From: Candidatus Krumholzibacteriota bacterium
GTDB lineage: Bacteria > Krumholzibacteriota > Krumholzibacteriia > JAJRXK01
Length of the DNA: 64,000 nucleotides
NCBI GenBank assembly: GCA_963727455.1
Contig: CAVSGG010000006.1
Coordinates: 135,483 to 199,482, forward strand
Direction of reading: 5' to 3'
Shown here piece after piece: positions 1 to 9,113 of this stretch. Both the position numbers and the translations under genes were made by a program. Position 1 is the first letter of the stretch, and each line of letters opens with the position of its first letter. The notes under the pieces are model-generated. The model searched no databases. It worked only from the letters and a program-made list of their open reading frames with translations, and was not told the origin of the DNA.

Positions 1-2
1 AG

Positions 3-983
3 TTGAAGCGCTTGCAGGCCTTGGAGCAGGAAGCGGCTGATACCAAGAAACTGCTGGATGGCCTCAACGCGCGCCAAGACGAACTCCTGCAAGAGGTGAA
101 CGCGCTCCGAAGCGAAATTGCGCACAGTGATTCGAGTGCCGCCTTGCGGCGCGCGAGACTGGCCTCACAATTGCGCCACATGTACATGTACCGCAGCCAG
201 AGCACCTTCGCCGTGCTCGCGACCAGCGGCGAGTTGAATCAGTTGGGGCGAAAGATGCGCGCCATGACCTCGATTGCTCGTGCCGAGCGCAACTTCATCG
301 ATGACATTCAACAGGACCGTTCTATCCTGCAGGACAAGAAAGCACAGTTGGACGAGCGTTTGGCGCAGCTCGAACAGACCCGTGGACAGGTGGAACGGCA
401 GCGGGCACGGGTGAACTCGCTCAAACAGGAGAGGCGGACCCAGCTCGATCAGATCAAGAAAGAACGCAAGCGCTGGGATTCCTCCCTGAAAGAACTGCAA
501 CAATCAGCCGCGCAGCTCGAAGACCTGATGGCGCAGTTGGAGAAGAAGGGACAGAAGTCCGGAGCGCAGCTCAGCGCTGATTTTCCCGCGCTGAAGGGAC
601 ATCTGATCATGCCGGTAGCCGGAACCGTAACCCAAGGCTTCGGGCGCTCGGTCCATCCCCGATTCAAGACGGTGGTCGTGAATCGCGGGATCAACATCGC
701 GGCCGCCATCGGCGCTCCCATCCGTGTAGTTGCGCCTGGAGTCGTCGATTACGTGAACTGGTTGCCCGGCTATGGCAAGTGCATTATCGTCAACCACGGC
801 AACGGTTGGTACACCCTTTACGCTCATTGCTCGCAGATCTTCCCCGCGGTATCGGCAACGGTACAATCCGGCGAGGTGATTGCGGAAGTGGGAGATACGG
901 GCTCACTCGATGGCAGTCAACTCTACTTCGAAATTCGACACGGAAAATCTCCCGTCGATCCCACCCCGTGGTTCCGCCACTGA
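3..983 (+). CDS. envC: Murein hydrolase activator EnvC-like protein (coiled coil + M23 peptidase domain), 5' end outside window
   Basis: Long coiled coil followed by an M23 domain (GINIAA..GAPIRVVAPG, GYGKCIIVNHGNGWYTLYAH, VGDTGS, LYFEIR, PVDP). Zn ligands are degenerate (NRGIN, LYFE), as in EnvC. Confidence 0.8.
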   Translation: MKRLQALEQEAADTKKLLDGLNARQDELLQEVNALRSEIAHSDSSAALRRARLASQLRHMYMYRSQSTFAVLATSGELNQLGRKMRAMTSIARAERNFIDDIQQDRSILQDKKAQLDERLAQLEQTRGQVERQRARVNSLKQERRTQLDQIKKERKRWDSSLKELQQSAAQLEDLMAQLEKKGQKSGAQLSADFPALKGHLIMPVAGTVTQGFGRSVHPRFKTVVVNRGINIAAAIGAPIRVVAPGVVDYVNWLPGYGKCIIVNHGNGWYTLYAHCSQIFPAVSATVQSGEVIAEVGDTGSLDGSQLYFEIRHGKSPVDPTPWFRH

Positions 984-1040
984 TCCTCACGTTTCACAGA
1001 ACGCGCCGAGTTTTTTCTCGTCATCGTTGGCGGAGTGGTC

Positions 1041-2174
1041 GTGAGCGGCGTGGCCACACCTCTACAGCGTAGCCCGGCACTCGCCAGTCTCGCCCGGGCC
1101 GCCCAAAACGGCCAACTGCCCAACAGCGTACTCTTGGAAGGACCGGAAGGCTGCGGCAAGCAGGAAATTGCGCTCGCGCTGGCCGAAATTCTGTTGGAGA
1201 AAGACGCGGGAGAATCCCGCGGACGGGTAGCTCGACTCTCGCACCCCGATTTACTCTTCGTGTTTCCGGCGCAGGCCAACCTGAAGCTGGAGACCTATCG
1301 CGAGATTCTGGATGCCAAAGCGGAAGAACCACTGGCGCGCATCCGTCAGGCGAGCACCGCGATCATCGCGATCGGGGAGGTGGACAACCCGGGCTTCTGC
1401 ACCATCCGCCGAGTGCGCCGCTTCGCAGAGGCCGTGCCGTTCGAAGCACCCTACAAAGTGGTGATTCTAGCCGACGCCCATCGCATGAATCGAGCGGCGG
1501 CGAACGCGCTGCTCAAGACACTGGAGGAGCCGCCTGCGACCGCCGTGCTTCTTCTCTGTTCCCATCAGACGCATCTCATGCCGGCCACGGTGCGCAGCCG
1601 CTGCGCGCGGGTGCGGGTTCCCGCCTTCAGTGAGGAGGAGCTCCGAGAACGCCTCAGCGAGAGACACGGTCTCGACGAGGATTCGGCCGAGCAGATCGCC
1701 GCGGTCAGCGGCGGCAACGGCCGGCGCGCGCTCGATCTCATCGACCCCCAGTCACTCATGGTGGCCTCTTGGGCGCGCACCCTGCTGACGCGACTGCTCG
1801 CCGCTGAGCGGGCCGACCTTCTAGCGGGAGCCGAACGAGTTTCGAAGGGACAGGACCCCAAGGGCGGCAAGGGCAGCAAGCTCACCGATGCCAGCTTGAG
1901 CGCTTCGCGTGATGTCGCGCTGCGGACGATGGACTTTCTCGTTGCCGATCTCCTCTCGCTGGTCCGTTTGCGTGAGGGCATACGAGAGAATCGCGCGTTG
2001 ACGGAACGTCTCTCCAAGTGGCTGCGAGAGGAACCTGCCGTCGATCCGAGCCGCGCCGCCAAGATCCTGCTCACAGCACGCGATGATCTGGCGTTGAACG
2101 TGAACGTGGGCTTGGTACTCACACATGCGTTCATGGATGCCGTCGACTCCGTCGCGGCAAAAGGTAGCATTTAG
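1041..2174 (+). CDS. holB: DNA polymerase III delta' subunit
   Basis: LLEGPEGCGK, HPD, KVVILADAHRMNRAAANALLKTLEEPP and TVRSRC motifs. GTG start follows GGAG; 1035 is also possible. Confidence 0.9.
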   Translation: MSGVATPLQRSPALASLARAAQNGQLPNSVLLEGPEGCGKQEIALALAEILLEKDAGESRGRVARLSHPDLLFVFPAQANLKLETYREILDAKAEEPLARIRQASTAIIAIGEVDNPGFCTIRRVRRFAEAVPFEAPYKVVILADAHRMNRAAANALLKTLEEPPATAVLLLCSHQTHLMPATVRSRCARVRVPAFSEEELRERLSERHGLDEDSAEQIAAVSGGNGRRALDLIDPQSLMVASWARTLLTRLLAAERADLLAGAERVSKGQDPKGGKGSKLTDASLSASRDVALRTMDFLVADLLSLVRLREGIRENRALTERLSKWLREEPAVDPSRAAKILLTARDDLALNVNVGLVLTHAFMDAVDSVAAKGSI

Positions 2175-2177
2175 CTC

Positions 2178-3011
2178 ATGGCGGGACTCATCGACAGCCA
2201 TCTCCATTTGGGTCGGGAGGAGTTCGAATCCGACCGCGAGCTCGTGCGCCAGAGGGCGAAGGAAGCCGGTGTGTGTGCATTTCTCCACGTCGGCTTCGAT
2301 CCTCCTTCCATCGAGGCGGCCCTGCGGCAGGCGGAGGGACGGCAGGACGAGTGGGTGGCCGCCGGCATTCATCCCCACGACGCGCGCGAGTGGAGTGCTT
2401 CGTCCGAGAAACTTCTCGAAGAGCTCGCAAGCGAAGGTAGGATCGTGGCGGTGGGTGAGTGCGGTTTGGACTTCTATCGCGAGCTTTCACCCAGGCCGCT
2501 GCAGGAGCGCGCCTTCCGCGCCCAGATCGCGCTGGCCAAGAGTCTCGACCTTCCCATGATCTACCACGTACGCGACGCGTACCCCGAGGCGAAGAGAATC
2601 CTGGTAGAGGAGGGTTTGCCGCCGCGCCGCGGGATCTTCCACGCCTTCGCCGGCGACGCGGAGTTCGCGAGCTGGGCGCGCAAGGAGGGCTTCCAATTGG
2701 GCGTGGGTGGTCCGCTCACCTATCCCAAGTCCAAGCTGCCGGCGGCGATCGAAGCGATCCCGCGCGAGAGCTTGATCCTGGAGACGGATGCTCCCTGGCT
2801 TCCGCCCCAGCCCTTCCGCGGCCGGCGCAACGAACCCGCCTATCTGCGCATCACCGCTGAGCATCTCGCGCTGGCCAAGGGGGTTTCGGTGGACGAGTTA
2901 GCGCGCGGGATGGCGGAGAGCTTCGCCTCCCTCTTTGCCGTGGAATTTTCCAACGTTTTTGCCGCTTTCGTCCCTTCCCGCTGCGCGGTACCCGGGAAGC
3001 GGGCGCGTTGA
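2178..3011 (+). CDS. tatD: TatD family metal-dependent hydrolase/DNase
   Basis: IDSHLH, GIHPH, VGECGLDFY, HVRDA, ETDAPWL, RNEP motifs; directly follows holB. Confidence 0.92.
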   Translation: MAGLIDSHLHLGREEFESDRELVRQRAKEAGVCAFLHVGFDPPSIEAALRQAEGRQDEWVAAGIHPHDAREWSASSEKLLEELASEGRIVAVGECGLDFYRELSPRPLQERAFRAQIALAKSLDLPMIYHVRDAYPEAKRILVEEGLPPRRGIFHAFAGDAEFASWARKEGFQLGVGGPLTYPKSKLPAAIEAIPRESLILETDAPWLPPQPFRGRRNEPAYLRITAEHLALAKGVSVDELARGMAESFASLFAVEFSNVFAAFVPSRCAVPGKRAR

Positions 3012-3045
3012 CAGGCCGGCCGATGGGGTGCTATCCTCTTATAAT
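3008..3045 (+). promoter_or_regulatory. sigma70-type promoter
   Basis: TTGACA 3008-3013, 18-bp spacer, extended -10 TGcTATCCT (3029-3037). A perfect TATAAT also lies at 3040-3045. Confidence 0.65.
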
Positions 3046-3050
3046 CAAAA

Positions 3051-3236
3051 CAGGACCGGAGTTCGACCGGTCTCCCCTGCCAACTCGCCTCTCCTCTCCG
3101 GAGGTCTTGCCACCGTATCTGTGCTACGGTTCGCGCTCGTATCGAGCGTGTTCCCGAGTTCTCGGAACTCGGGTATCGTGGGGACCTCGTCCCCCAGTGG
3201 TTCAAGGCCGGCTTCGTGACGGCGCACTCCCTTTTT
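3051..3236 (+). ncRNA. Candidate structured non-coding RNA or leader, identity unknown
   Basis: Six consecutive hairpins (3054-3072, 3093-3104, 3112-3130, 3132-3150, 3153-3173, 3180-3194), possible 5'-3' closing pairs and a T5 run at 3232-3236; downstream of a strong promoter. Confidence 0.5.
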
Positions 3237-3241
3237 GGTGT

Positions 3242-4084
3242 ATGACTCCGCACGAATCCCAAGTAGCGCTTCTGAGGAAATATGGTTTGCGCCTGAACAA
3301 ACGTCTGGGCCAGCATTTCCTCATCGATCAACGGGTTCTGGCACGAATCGTGGATTCCATCCTCGATTTGGACGTGCATCGCGTGGTCGAATTGGGCGCC
3401 GGAGCGGGAGCCCTCAGTGGCGCCCTCTTGCACGCGAGTCTTGAAGTGGAAGCGCTCGAGCTCGACGAGAGGATGCTCGAGCTTCTGAAAACCGAATACG
3501 CGTCCGACGGTCTGATAGTTCGCCGGGCGGACATCGCGCGGGAGGATCTGGCCGAGACGGTGGGCGCTGAGCCCATGTGCTTCGCGGGAAATCTCCCCTA
3601 CCAGGTGACGAGCCCGGTGCTGTTCGCCCTGAGGGAAGCGCTTCTGCGACCTGCATGCAGGGGAGCGATCCTCATGATGCAGGCAGAGGTGGCAACCCGC
3701 TTGTGCGCGAAGCCGGGAACCAAGGACTACGGCGTGCTCACAGTGCTCCTTCAAGCGCGTTGCCGGGTACGCAGAATCTTGCGCGTGCGTCCCGGGTCGT
3801 TCCTCCCTCCGCCCAAAGTGCATTCGGCGGTGGTGGAGCTTCTGCCACGAGAGGAGATCGTGGAGTTTGGCGATCACGGAACGAGGCTGGTCAAAGAGCT
3901 GTTTCGCGAACGGCGCAAGCAGATCGGCGGACTGTTGAAGCGCCGCTATGGCGTAGGCGACGCGCGACTGACGCAACTCAGGGAATCGACGGGAATCGAC
4001 CCCCGACTTCGTCCTGAGGATTTGAGTATTGAGGATTTCAGAACTCTGGATCTCTACCTGGAAGAGTCACGGAACGAATCATGA
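3242..4084 (+). CDS. rsmA: 16S rRNA m6(2)A dimethyltransferase RsmA/KsgA
   Basis: KRLGQHFLID, VELGAGAGAL, GNLPY, MQAEVA.RL, F.PPPKV.SAV, F.ERRKQI. Homology starts at ATG 3242; the ORF-track extension from 3008 is not RsmA-like. Confidence 0.93.
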   Translation: MTPHESQVALLRKYGLRLNKRLGQHFLIDQRVLARIVDSILDLDVHRVVELGAGAGALSGALLHASLEVEALELDERMLELLKTEYASDGLIVRRADIAREDLAETVGAEPMCFAGNLPYQVTSPVLFALREALLRPACRGAILMMQAEVATRLCAKPGTKDYGVLTVLLQARCRVRRILRVRPGSFLPPPKVHSAVVELLPREEIVEFGDHGTRLVKELFRERRKQIGGLLKRRYGVGDARLTQLRESTGIDPRLRPEDLSIEDFRTLDLYLEESRNES

Positions 4085-6249
4085 CCAGAAGCCAGAGGGG
4101 GTGGAGGGCCAGAGCTTGGGGAGTCGCGGCGGCGACTCTCGCGGCGACGCTTCTATGTGCCAGCAGCGGCACATGGGCGCAGAGTGAAGCGGACGCCGAC
4201 AGTTCGGGTACGGAGGCACGGAGTTTGTCCGATTTATCAAAGCAGAGCAGCCAGGCCGGCGCGGACTCCACGTCCGGCGGGAACACCGCGGCCAAGAGCG
4301 ATTCCACCGGGATTCAGGCTCTGCGCGAACAAATGCAGGCCCTGCATGGAATGACCTGGCTCGACTTCGCGGGGCCCGATACGAGGAATCGGCCCACGCT
4401 CAAGGGCGGATACAATTCCGGACAATCCAACTATGGACCCTACTTCGACATCAACGTCCCGTTGTTGGTGGCCGGCGGATTCTCCACCACGAGCAGCTAT
4501 CACCGCGAGAGTTTCCGGGAACCCGCTACCCAGCAGAAGAAGGTGGGCCGCGAGATCCACAGCGGCTGGAAGCGTCCCATGAGCGATTGGGGGAGCTTCA
4601 ACTTGGAATTCCGGCGCAGGAGCAACGAAACGGAGCGCGTCGGATTCGCCAAGAGCACCTCGGAGAACACCACCCTGAGTTCCAGCCTCACGGGCAACGC
4701 GGATCTCGGAGACACCGGAATCGACAGCAAGTGGTCGGTCCAGGGAAACATTCAGGACGACAAGGTCAGTTCGGGTTCGCGCGCGGGCGCGACGAACCAG
4801 ACCCTCAACACGGGCACCTTCTCCTTGGGAACCGGTCGCAAGTTGAGCGGAGTGAACGTGGTTCTGAACGCCGGACTGGACGTCTCGGCCGGACCGCAGA
4901 CCCTCTCCGCCGCGACCGACGGAAGCAATGCGCAACAGGACACCAAGACCAGCGTGAGCGACACCTTGGGCGTGAATCTCGTCTGGCAGCCGGCGAAAAC
5001 ACGCAGTTTCAGCGCTCAGCTCAGCCGGCAGGTCTTCAACGAGGACCGTTTGGACTATCTGAAGGACTTCCGCGGAGTCTCGCTCTTCGACCCCGACACC
5101 CGGCTCAAGATCGTGGGGAAAGAGAGCGAGAGCAGGAACATCACGAGCATCCAGCTCGCGGCCAAGACCCCCATCTACCGCTCGCTGTCCACCAATCTGA
5201 GCTACAACCTCGAGCGCAAGGAAACCCACTACACTCTGAGCGAGCAGGGCTTCATTCCCGAACACACGCAGAACTTCAGCGGAGACGTCACCTTCCGCTA
5301 CGCGCAGGCGGGAAGCCTGAAAGTGAGCCTAGGTCTCAGCCAGCTCTGGGACGATCGGCGTTCGAGAGGATCCAGCGAGCTGCGTGGCAAGCACTTCAGC
5401 AATTCGAACAGCGTGAGCTTCACCATCAACCAACACCTCTTGGGCGCCACCGATCTCAAGGTGCTGTACGCGGAGGACCTGGCCCAGCAGGTCTACGACT
5501 ACAAGCTGGAGACGGGAACGCTGGACATCGACGTTCTCTCGAAGCGCGTGGACGCCAAGTTGAGTTCGGACGCGTTCAGCAAGATCAAGGTGACCCTGAC
5601 CGGGTCGTACAAGACATCGGCCAACATCTCTCTGGACGCCAAGCAAGTGGCCAACAACAACCGCGATCAGAATACCTGGAAAGTCAGCGGAGATTACGCC
5701 TGGCAGCTCACGCAGGCCCTGAGTTTCTCGCAGAGCTACCAGCTCGGAATCGACTACACCGACTACTACTATTCCTACGTGCCCCAAGTGAACCAGCGGG
5801 ACAAGTTCTACAAACGCACGCAGCTCAAGACCGACCTCAACTTGATGCTTCCCGGCGCGGCCAGCTTCTCCTTGAGCCACAGCGTGGATCGAACCCGCGG
5901 GGGCAACAAGCTGCTCCAAAACGACGTGGAGCTCGGCAGCTATACCGACGATCTGGCCCGCCGTCAGGACGAGCAGAGATTGCGGGCCGCGGTCGCCTTT
6001 CCCCTCGTGATGGGCTACAAGGTGTCGGTGGAGACCAATCGCACCTGGCGCACCCTGCAGGGTACGAGCGACGAGTTTCAGGGGAACATCCGGACCGGTC
6101 TGAAGGGAACGCAGTCCTTCTTGCACAATCGCATGACCCTCTCCTTGGATTTGGGTTACGTGTGGGCCTATGGCCCTCCGCGCGTCATTCGCATCCAGCG
6201 CGACCGGCGCTACTTCGCCTCCTCCACCTACGTGTCCTGGGCATTCTGA
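4081..6249 (+). CDS. Hypothetical outer-membrane beta-barrel protein
   Basis: Signal peptide (..ASSGTWA/QSE), many amphipathic strands rich in S/T/N/Y/F/W, C-terminal YVSWAF ending in Phe. ATGA overlap with rsmA. Confidence 0.6.
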   Translation: MTRSQRGWRARAWGVAAATLAATLLCASSGTWAQSEADADSSGTEARSLSDLSKQSSQAGADSTSGGNTAAKSDSTGIQALREQMQALHGMTWLDFAGPDTRNRPTLKGGYNSGQSNYGPYFDINVPLLVAGGFSTTSSYHRESFREPATQQKKVGREIHSGWKRPMSDWGSFNLEFRRRSNETERVGFAKSTSENTTLSSSLTGNADLGDTGIDSKWSVQGNIQDDKVSSGSRAGATNQTLNTGTFSLGTGRKLSGVNVVLNAGLDVSAGPQTLSAATDGSNAQQDTKTSVSDTLGVNLVWQPAKTRSFSAQLSRQVFNEDRLDYLKDFRGVSLFDPDTRLKIVGKESESRNITSIQLAAKTPIYRSLSTNLSYNLERKETHYTLSEQGFIPEHTQNFSGDVTFRYAQAGSLKVSLGLSQLWDDRRSRGSSELRGKHFSNSNSVSFTINQHLLGATDLKVLYAEDLAQQVYDYKLETGTLDIDVLSKRVDAKLSSDAFSKIKVTLTGSYKTSANISLDAKQVANNNRDQNTWKVSGDYAWQLTQALSFSQSYQLGIDYTDYYYSYVPQVNQRDKFYKRTQLKTDLNLMLPGAASFSLSHSVDRTRGGNKLLQNDVELGSYTDDLARRQDEQRLRAAVAFPLVMGYKVSVETNRTWRTLQGTSDEFQGNIRTGLKGTQSFLHNRMTLSLDLGYVWAYGPPRVIRIQRDRRYFASSTYVSWAF

Positions 6250-6259
6250 AAGGGTCTCG

Positions 6260-6832
6260 ATGTCGCGTCTGCTCTTCATCACCGTACTCGTCGCATTGCT
6301 CCTGGGGGGATGCTTCTTCAAGACGCGTACGCCCGCGCAACCCGACTTCGGCGGAGGCTGCGACGTCCAGTTCCGCTTCAACGACCGATGGGAAAACGTG
6401 CTCTTCAACATGGAAGGGGCATTGAAGTGCGGGGATGCCACCGAGTATCTTGATGTCATCGGCACCGATTTCGTCTACGAACCGACGGCGAATCTGATGG
6501 CCCAGTATCCCTCTGTGTTTGGCAGCGTGTGGGACAAGAACCGGGAGGGCACCTTCATTCAGAACGCCTTTGCCGGCTCACTTTTCGAGGCCTCGCTGGC
6601 CGACAGCATCCTCTCCGGGCCCACCGACAGCGGAGACATCACGCGGCTCACCGCGCGCTACGTGGTCAACGAAGTGGACGGCTCGGGAACCCCCACCGGC
6701 CGCAGCTGGGATGGCATCGCCGACTACGAATTTCTGCGCGGGAGTCTGGTCACCCTGGTCCTCTGGAGGGACAATGACAGCTCGGGATTGCCCTTCGGGG
6801 AGCTGAGAGCCGAATTGGCGGGAGGTAACTGA
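6260..6832 (+). CDS. Hypothetical lipoprotein
   Basis: MSRLLFITVLVALLLGG-C lipobox; visibly similar to the next gene. Confidence 0.7.
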   Translation: MSRLLFITVLVALLLGGCFFKTRTPAQPDFGGGCDVQFRFNDRWENVLFNMEGALKCGDATEYLDVIGTDFVYEPTANLMAQYPSVFGSVWDKNREGTFIQNAFAGSLFEASLADSILSGPTDSGDITRLTARYVVNEVDGSGTPTGRSWDGIADYEFLRGSLVTLVLWRDNDSSGLPFGELRAELAGGN

Positions 6833-6939
6833 AAACTCAATTGCTAAACCAATTTTCCTAAAAACTCGGGACGATGGCATCGTCCCCGCGGATTTGCTAC
6901 AATTCTGTCCACAAGGACGCACCATTGGAGGTTTTGCCC

Positions 6940-7566
6940 ATGTTTGCCCCAACTCGGCTCAAGCGCCGGCTGACTCCCGTCTTGCTGCTGTTTCTCATTG
7001 CAGTTCTCGCGGCGGGCTGCGGCGTCTTTTCCCCCGACGAGAGTAAGAATATAGTAGACCCCCCAGGCCCCATCGATGCCGCCACGACCCCCGACAAACT
7101 CATGGCCAATTTCAAGTACGCCTGGGAGAACCGCTCGCTCGTCGAATACCAGAAGCTTCTGGATGATCAATTTCAGTTCTTCTTCGATCCCAATGACGGC
7201 CTCGAGCAGTTCGTGGGTCCCAGTTGGGGACGCACCGAAGAGCTGGCCTCGGCAAAGTCGATCTTCGAGGGTGACGCGGGCTACGATCTCATCAAGAAAG
7301 AGGATATCCCGCCCGTCCTGAGCATCGAGTTCACCACTTTCTCCAAGGTCTTCGAGTGGCAGGATCCCGGGACGGATCCGCTCTATGAGGGCACGCTCAA
7401 GGCGCGCTACACCGTGGGAATCAAGGTCAGCTTCCAGGGGATCGAACAGACCACCCTGGTCACCGGCAACAACGATTTCTACGTGAAGGGTTACCCGCAG
7501 GACGACGGGACCACCCTCTACAAGATCAAGGTCTGGGAGGACCAGGGGCAGAATCTGGGCAGCTGA
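6940..7566 (+). CDS. Hypothetical lipoprotein, paralogue of the upstream gene
   Basis: GGAGG RBS, basic N-terminus and LAAG-C lipobox. Shares N....A.......Y......F.(F/Y).P...W....E and a C-terminal W.D pattern with 6260-6832. Confidence 0.75.
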   Translation: MFAPTRLKRRLTPVLLLFLIAVLAAGCGVFSPDESKNIVDPPGPIDAATTPDKLMANFKYAWENRSLVEYQKLLDDQFQFFFDPNDGLEQFVGPSWGRTEELASAKSIFEGDAGYDLIKKEDIPPVLSIEFTTFSKVFEWQDPGTDPLYEGTLKARYTVGIKVSFQGIEQTTLVTGNNDFYVKGYPQDDGTTLYKIKVWEDQGQNLGS

Positions 7567-7602
7567 GTCGCTCCCCGTCCCTTCCTTCTCCCTTAGAATC
7601 AT

Positions 7603-7636
7603 GATGCCTCCGCCCTCGGGCGGGGGCATCTTCGTT
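7603..7636 (+). terminator. Probable intrinsic terminator
   Basis: GATGCCTCCGCC / GGCGGGGGCATC stem followed by TTCGTT, after the lipoprotein gene. Confidence 0.5.
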
Positions 7637-7737
7637 CATGGACGCTGGGGTGCGCCCTGTGCTAAGACAACGCGAAGCACGAGCGCCCCACCTCTCGGCC
7701 GGGCGCGCGGTAGGACTACAGCGGAGAACCACCATCG

Positions 7738-8916
7738 ATGTTCGCACGCTCTAAGGGACGCCGGCGCGGCCGGTCCAGAAAGTCGCCGCGCGGCGCTCGC
7801 TTCGCTCTCGGCCTTCTCATTTCGATCCTGGTGGCCGGCAGTGCCGCCGTGGGCTGGCTGAAGAGCGAGCGGGGCGAGATCTGGCTGGCCGAGCGCGGGG
7901 TGGCGAGCGCGCAGGAGCACTGCGCGCGCATCTGGCAAAGCAGTTTGCTGGACGGCCTTACGGACGCCGGCATTCCCCAGGATAGCGTGGTGGTGCGTCC
8001 CGGGCATCCGGTCAGCGTGAAGGTCGGGGCCAGCTGCGATCTCTTCGCCCTCAATCTGGCCGTGACCCGGCGGATCGAGGCGGCCGGAGGCGAGGTAGCC
8101 AGGGGAGAGCGTTTCGAGGATCACGGCTCCTCGGTGTTGGAACTCTGGTTGGGGGGAAAGGGTTACGTGAGCCACCGCCTACTGGCCCGGCGCGGTCCCA
8201 AGGCCTCGGCCCTCGAGCCGCCCCCTCCGCCCAAAGGCCTCTTGGCCATCGTGGTGGACGACTTCGGGCACAATTTGAATGCGACCGTACGTCAATTGCT
8301 CTCCCTTCCGGTACCCATCACGGTGGCCATTCTTCCCGAGCGCCCGGCCAGTCTGCGCGTGCTCAGCGAGGCCCGCCGCGCGGGGAAGGAGACGATTCTC
8401 CACATGCCGATGGAGCCGGTGGCCGGGAGCACTCCCGGTCCGGGAAAGCTTGCCCTGATGGTGGACATGAGCCACCAGGAACTCCGACGCCGTCTCGAGC
8501 GCGCCCTGGACGAACTCTCAGGAGTGCAGGGTCTCAACAACCACATGGGCAGCGAGTTCACCCAGCATCCAGAGGGGATGGAAGTGGTGGCCCAGGTGCT
8601 CGCCGAGCGGGGCCTGTATTTCCTGGACAGTCTCACCACCCCCCATTCGGTGGCCTACGAGACGGCCCGGCGCTCCCACGTGCCCGCTCTACGCAACGAT
8701 CTCTTCCTGGATCTGGACGTCCAGAACCCGGCCCTCATCGAGCAGAGGCTGGAGCGGCTCATCGAGCGGGCGCGCCGCAAAGGCACGGCCATCGGAATCG
8801 GTCATCCCGAGCCGGCCACGGCCCGCGTGCTGCAGGAAATTCTGCCCCAATTGGACCCGCGAGACGTCAAACCGGTCTTTCTCAGCGAGATTCTGCGCAG
8901 TTTTCCGCAGTCCTGA
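7738..8916 (+). CDS. Divergent polysaccharide deacetylase (YibQ family), membrane anchored
   Basis: AIVVDDFG, ILHMPMEP, GLNNHMGS, YFLDSLT, RNDLFLD, AIGIGHP motifs; N-terminal TM helix. Confidence 0.88.
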   Translation: MFARSKGRRRGRSRKSPRGARFALGLLISILVAGSAAVGWLKSERGEIWLAERGVASAQEHCARIWQSSLLDGLTDAGIPQDSVVVRPGHPVSVKVGASCDLFALNLAVTRRIEAAGGEVARGERFEDHGSSVLELWLGGKGYVSHRLLARRGPKASALEPPPPPKGLLAIVVDDFGHNLNATVRQLLSLPVPITVAILPERPASLRVLSEARRAGKETILHMPMEPVAGSTPGPGKLALMVDMSHQELRRRLERALDELSGVQGLNNHMGSEFTQHPEGMEVVAQVLAERGLYFLDSLTTPHSVAYETARRSHVPALRNDLFLDLDVQNPALIEQRLERLIERARRKGTAIGIGHPEPATARVLQEILPQLDPRDVKPVFLSEILRSFPQS

Positions 8917-8931
8917 TTCCCGGTGCCCTCG

Positions 8932-8959
8932 TTGACAGGCTGAGTGCCCCGGCTATACT
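8932..8959 (+). promoter_or_regulatory. sigma70-type promoter of secDF
   Basis: TTGACA 8932-8937, 16 bp, TATACT 8954-8959. Confidence 0.6.
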
Positions 8960-9113
8960 TGTTGGGTTTCGGTCGCAGACGGAACTCCTTGCCGAAAGGC
9001 CGCCTCCGCCCGAATCCCGCCGAGGCCGGGATGCGCCCGGCTGAACCTCACGGCACCAACCAAACCCCCGGAGCGCGGGCTTCTCGCTTTTGCGCCAGTT
9101 GGGTGAAAACGGA

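Noticed and set aside
3051-3082. GTTCGA followed by ...CCTGCCA as a tRNA(Sec) or tmRNA 3' end
   Set aside because: No canonical 5-bp T-stem with 7-nt loop, and no matching acceptor stem or anticodon arm.
3008-3241. N-terminal extension of RsmA in the ORF track
   Set aside because: It starts at the TTG of the -35 box and is not RsmA-like. Similar upstream extensions of dnaB (57854), rpmE (41237), DUF4159 (16508) and sodB (57981) were also trimmed.
4587-6425. 612-aa alternative-frame ORF, and the many other long overlapping or antisense ORFs in the track
   Set aside because: Arg/Gly/Pro-rich shadow frames expected from high-GC codon bias; they carry no motifs and overlap well-supported genes.
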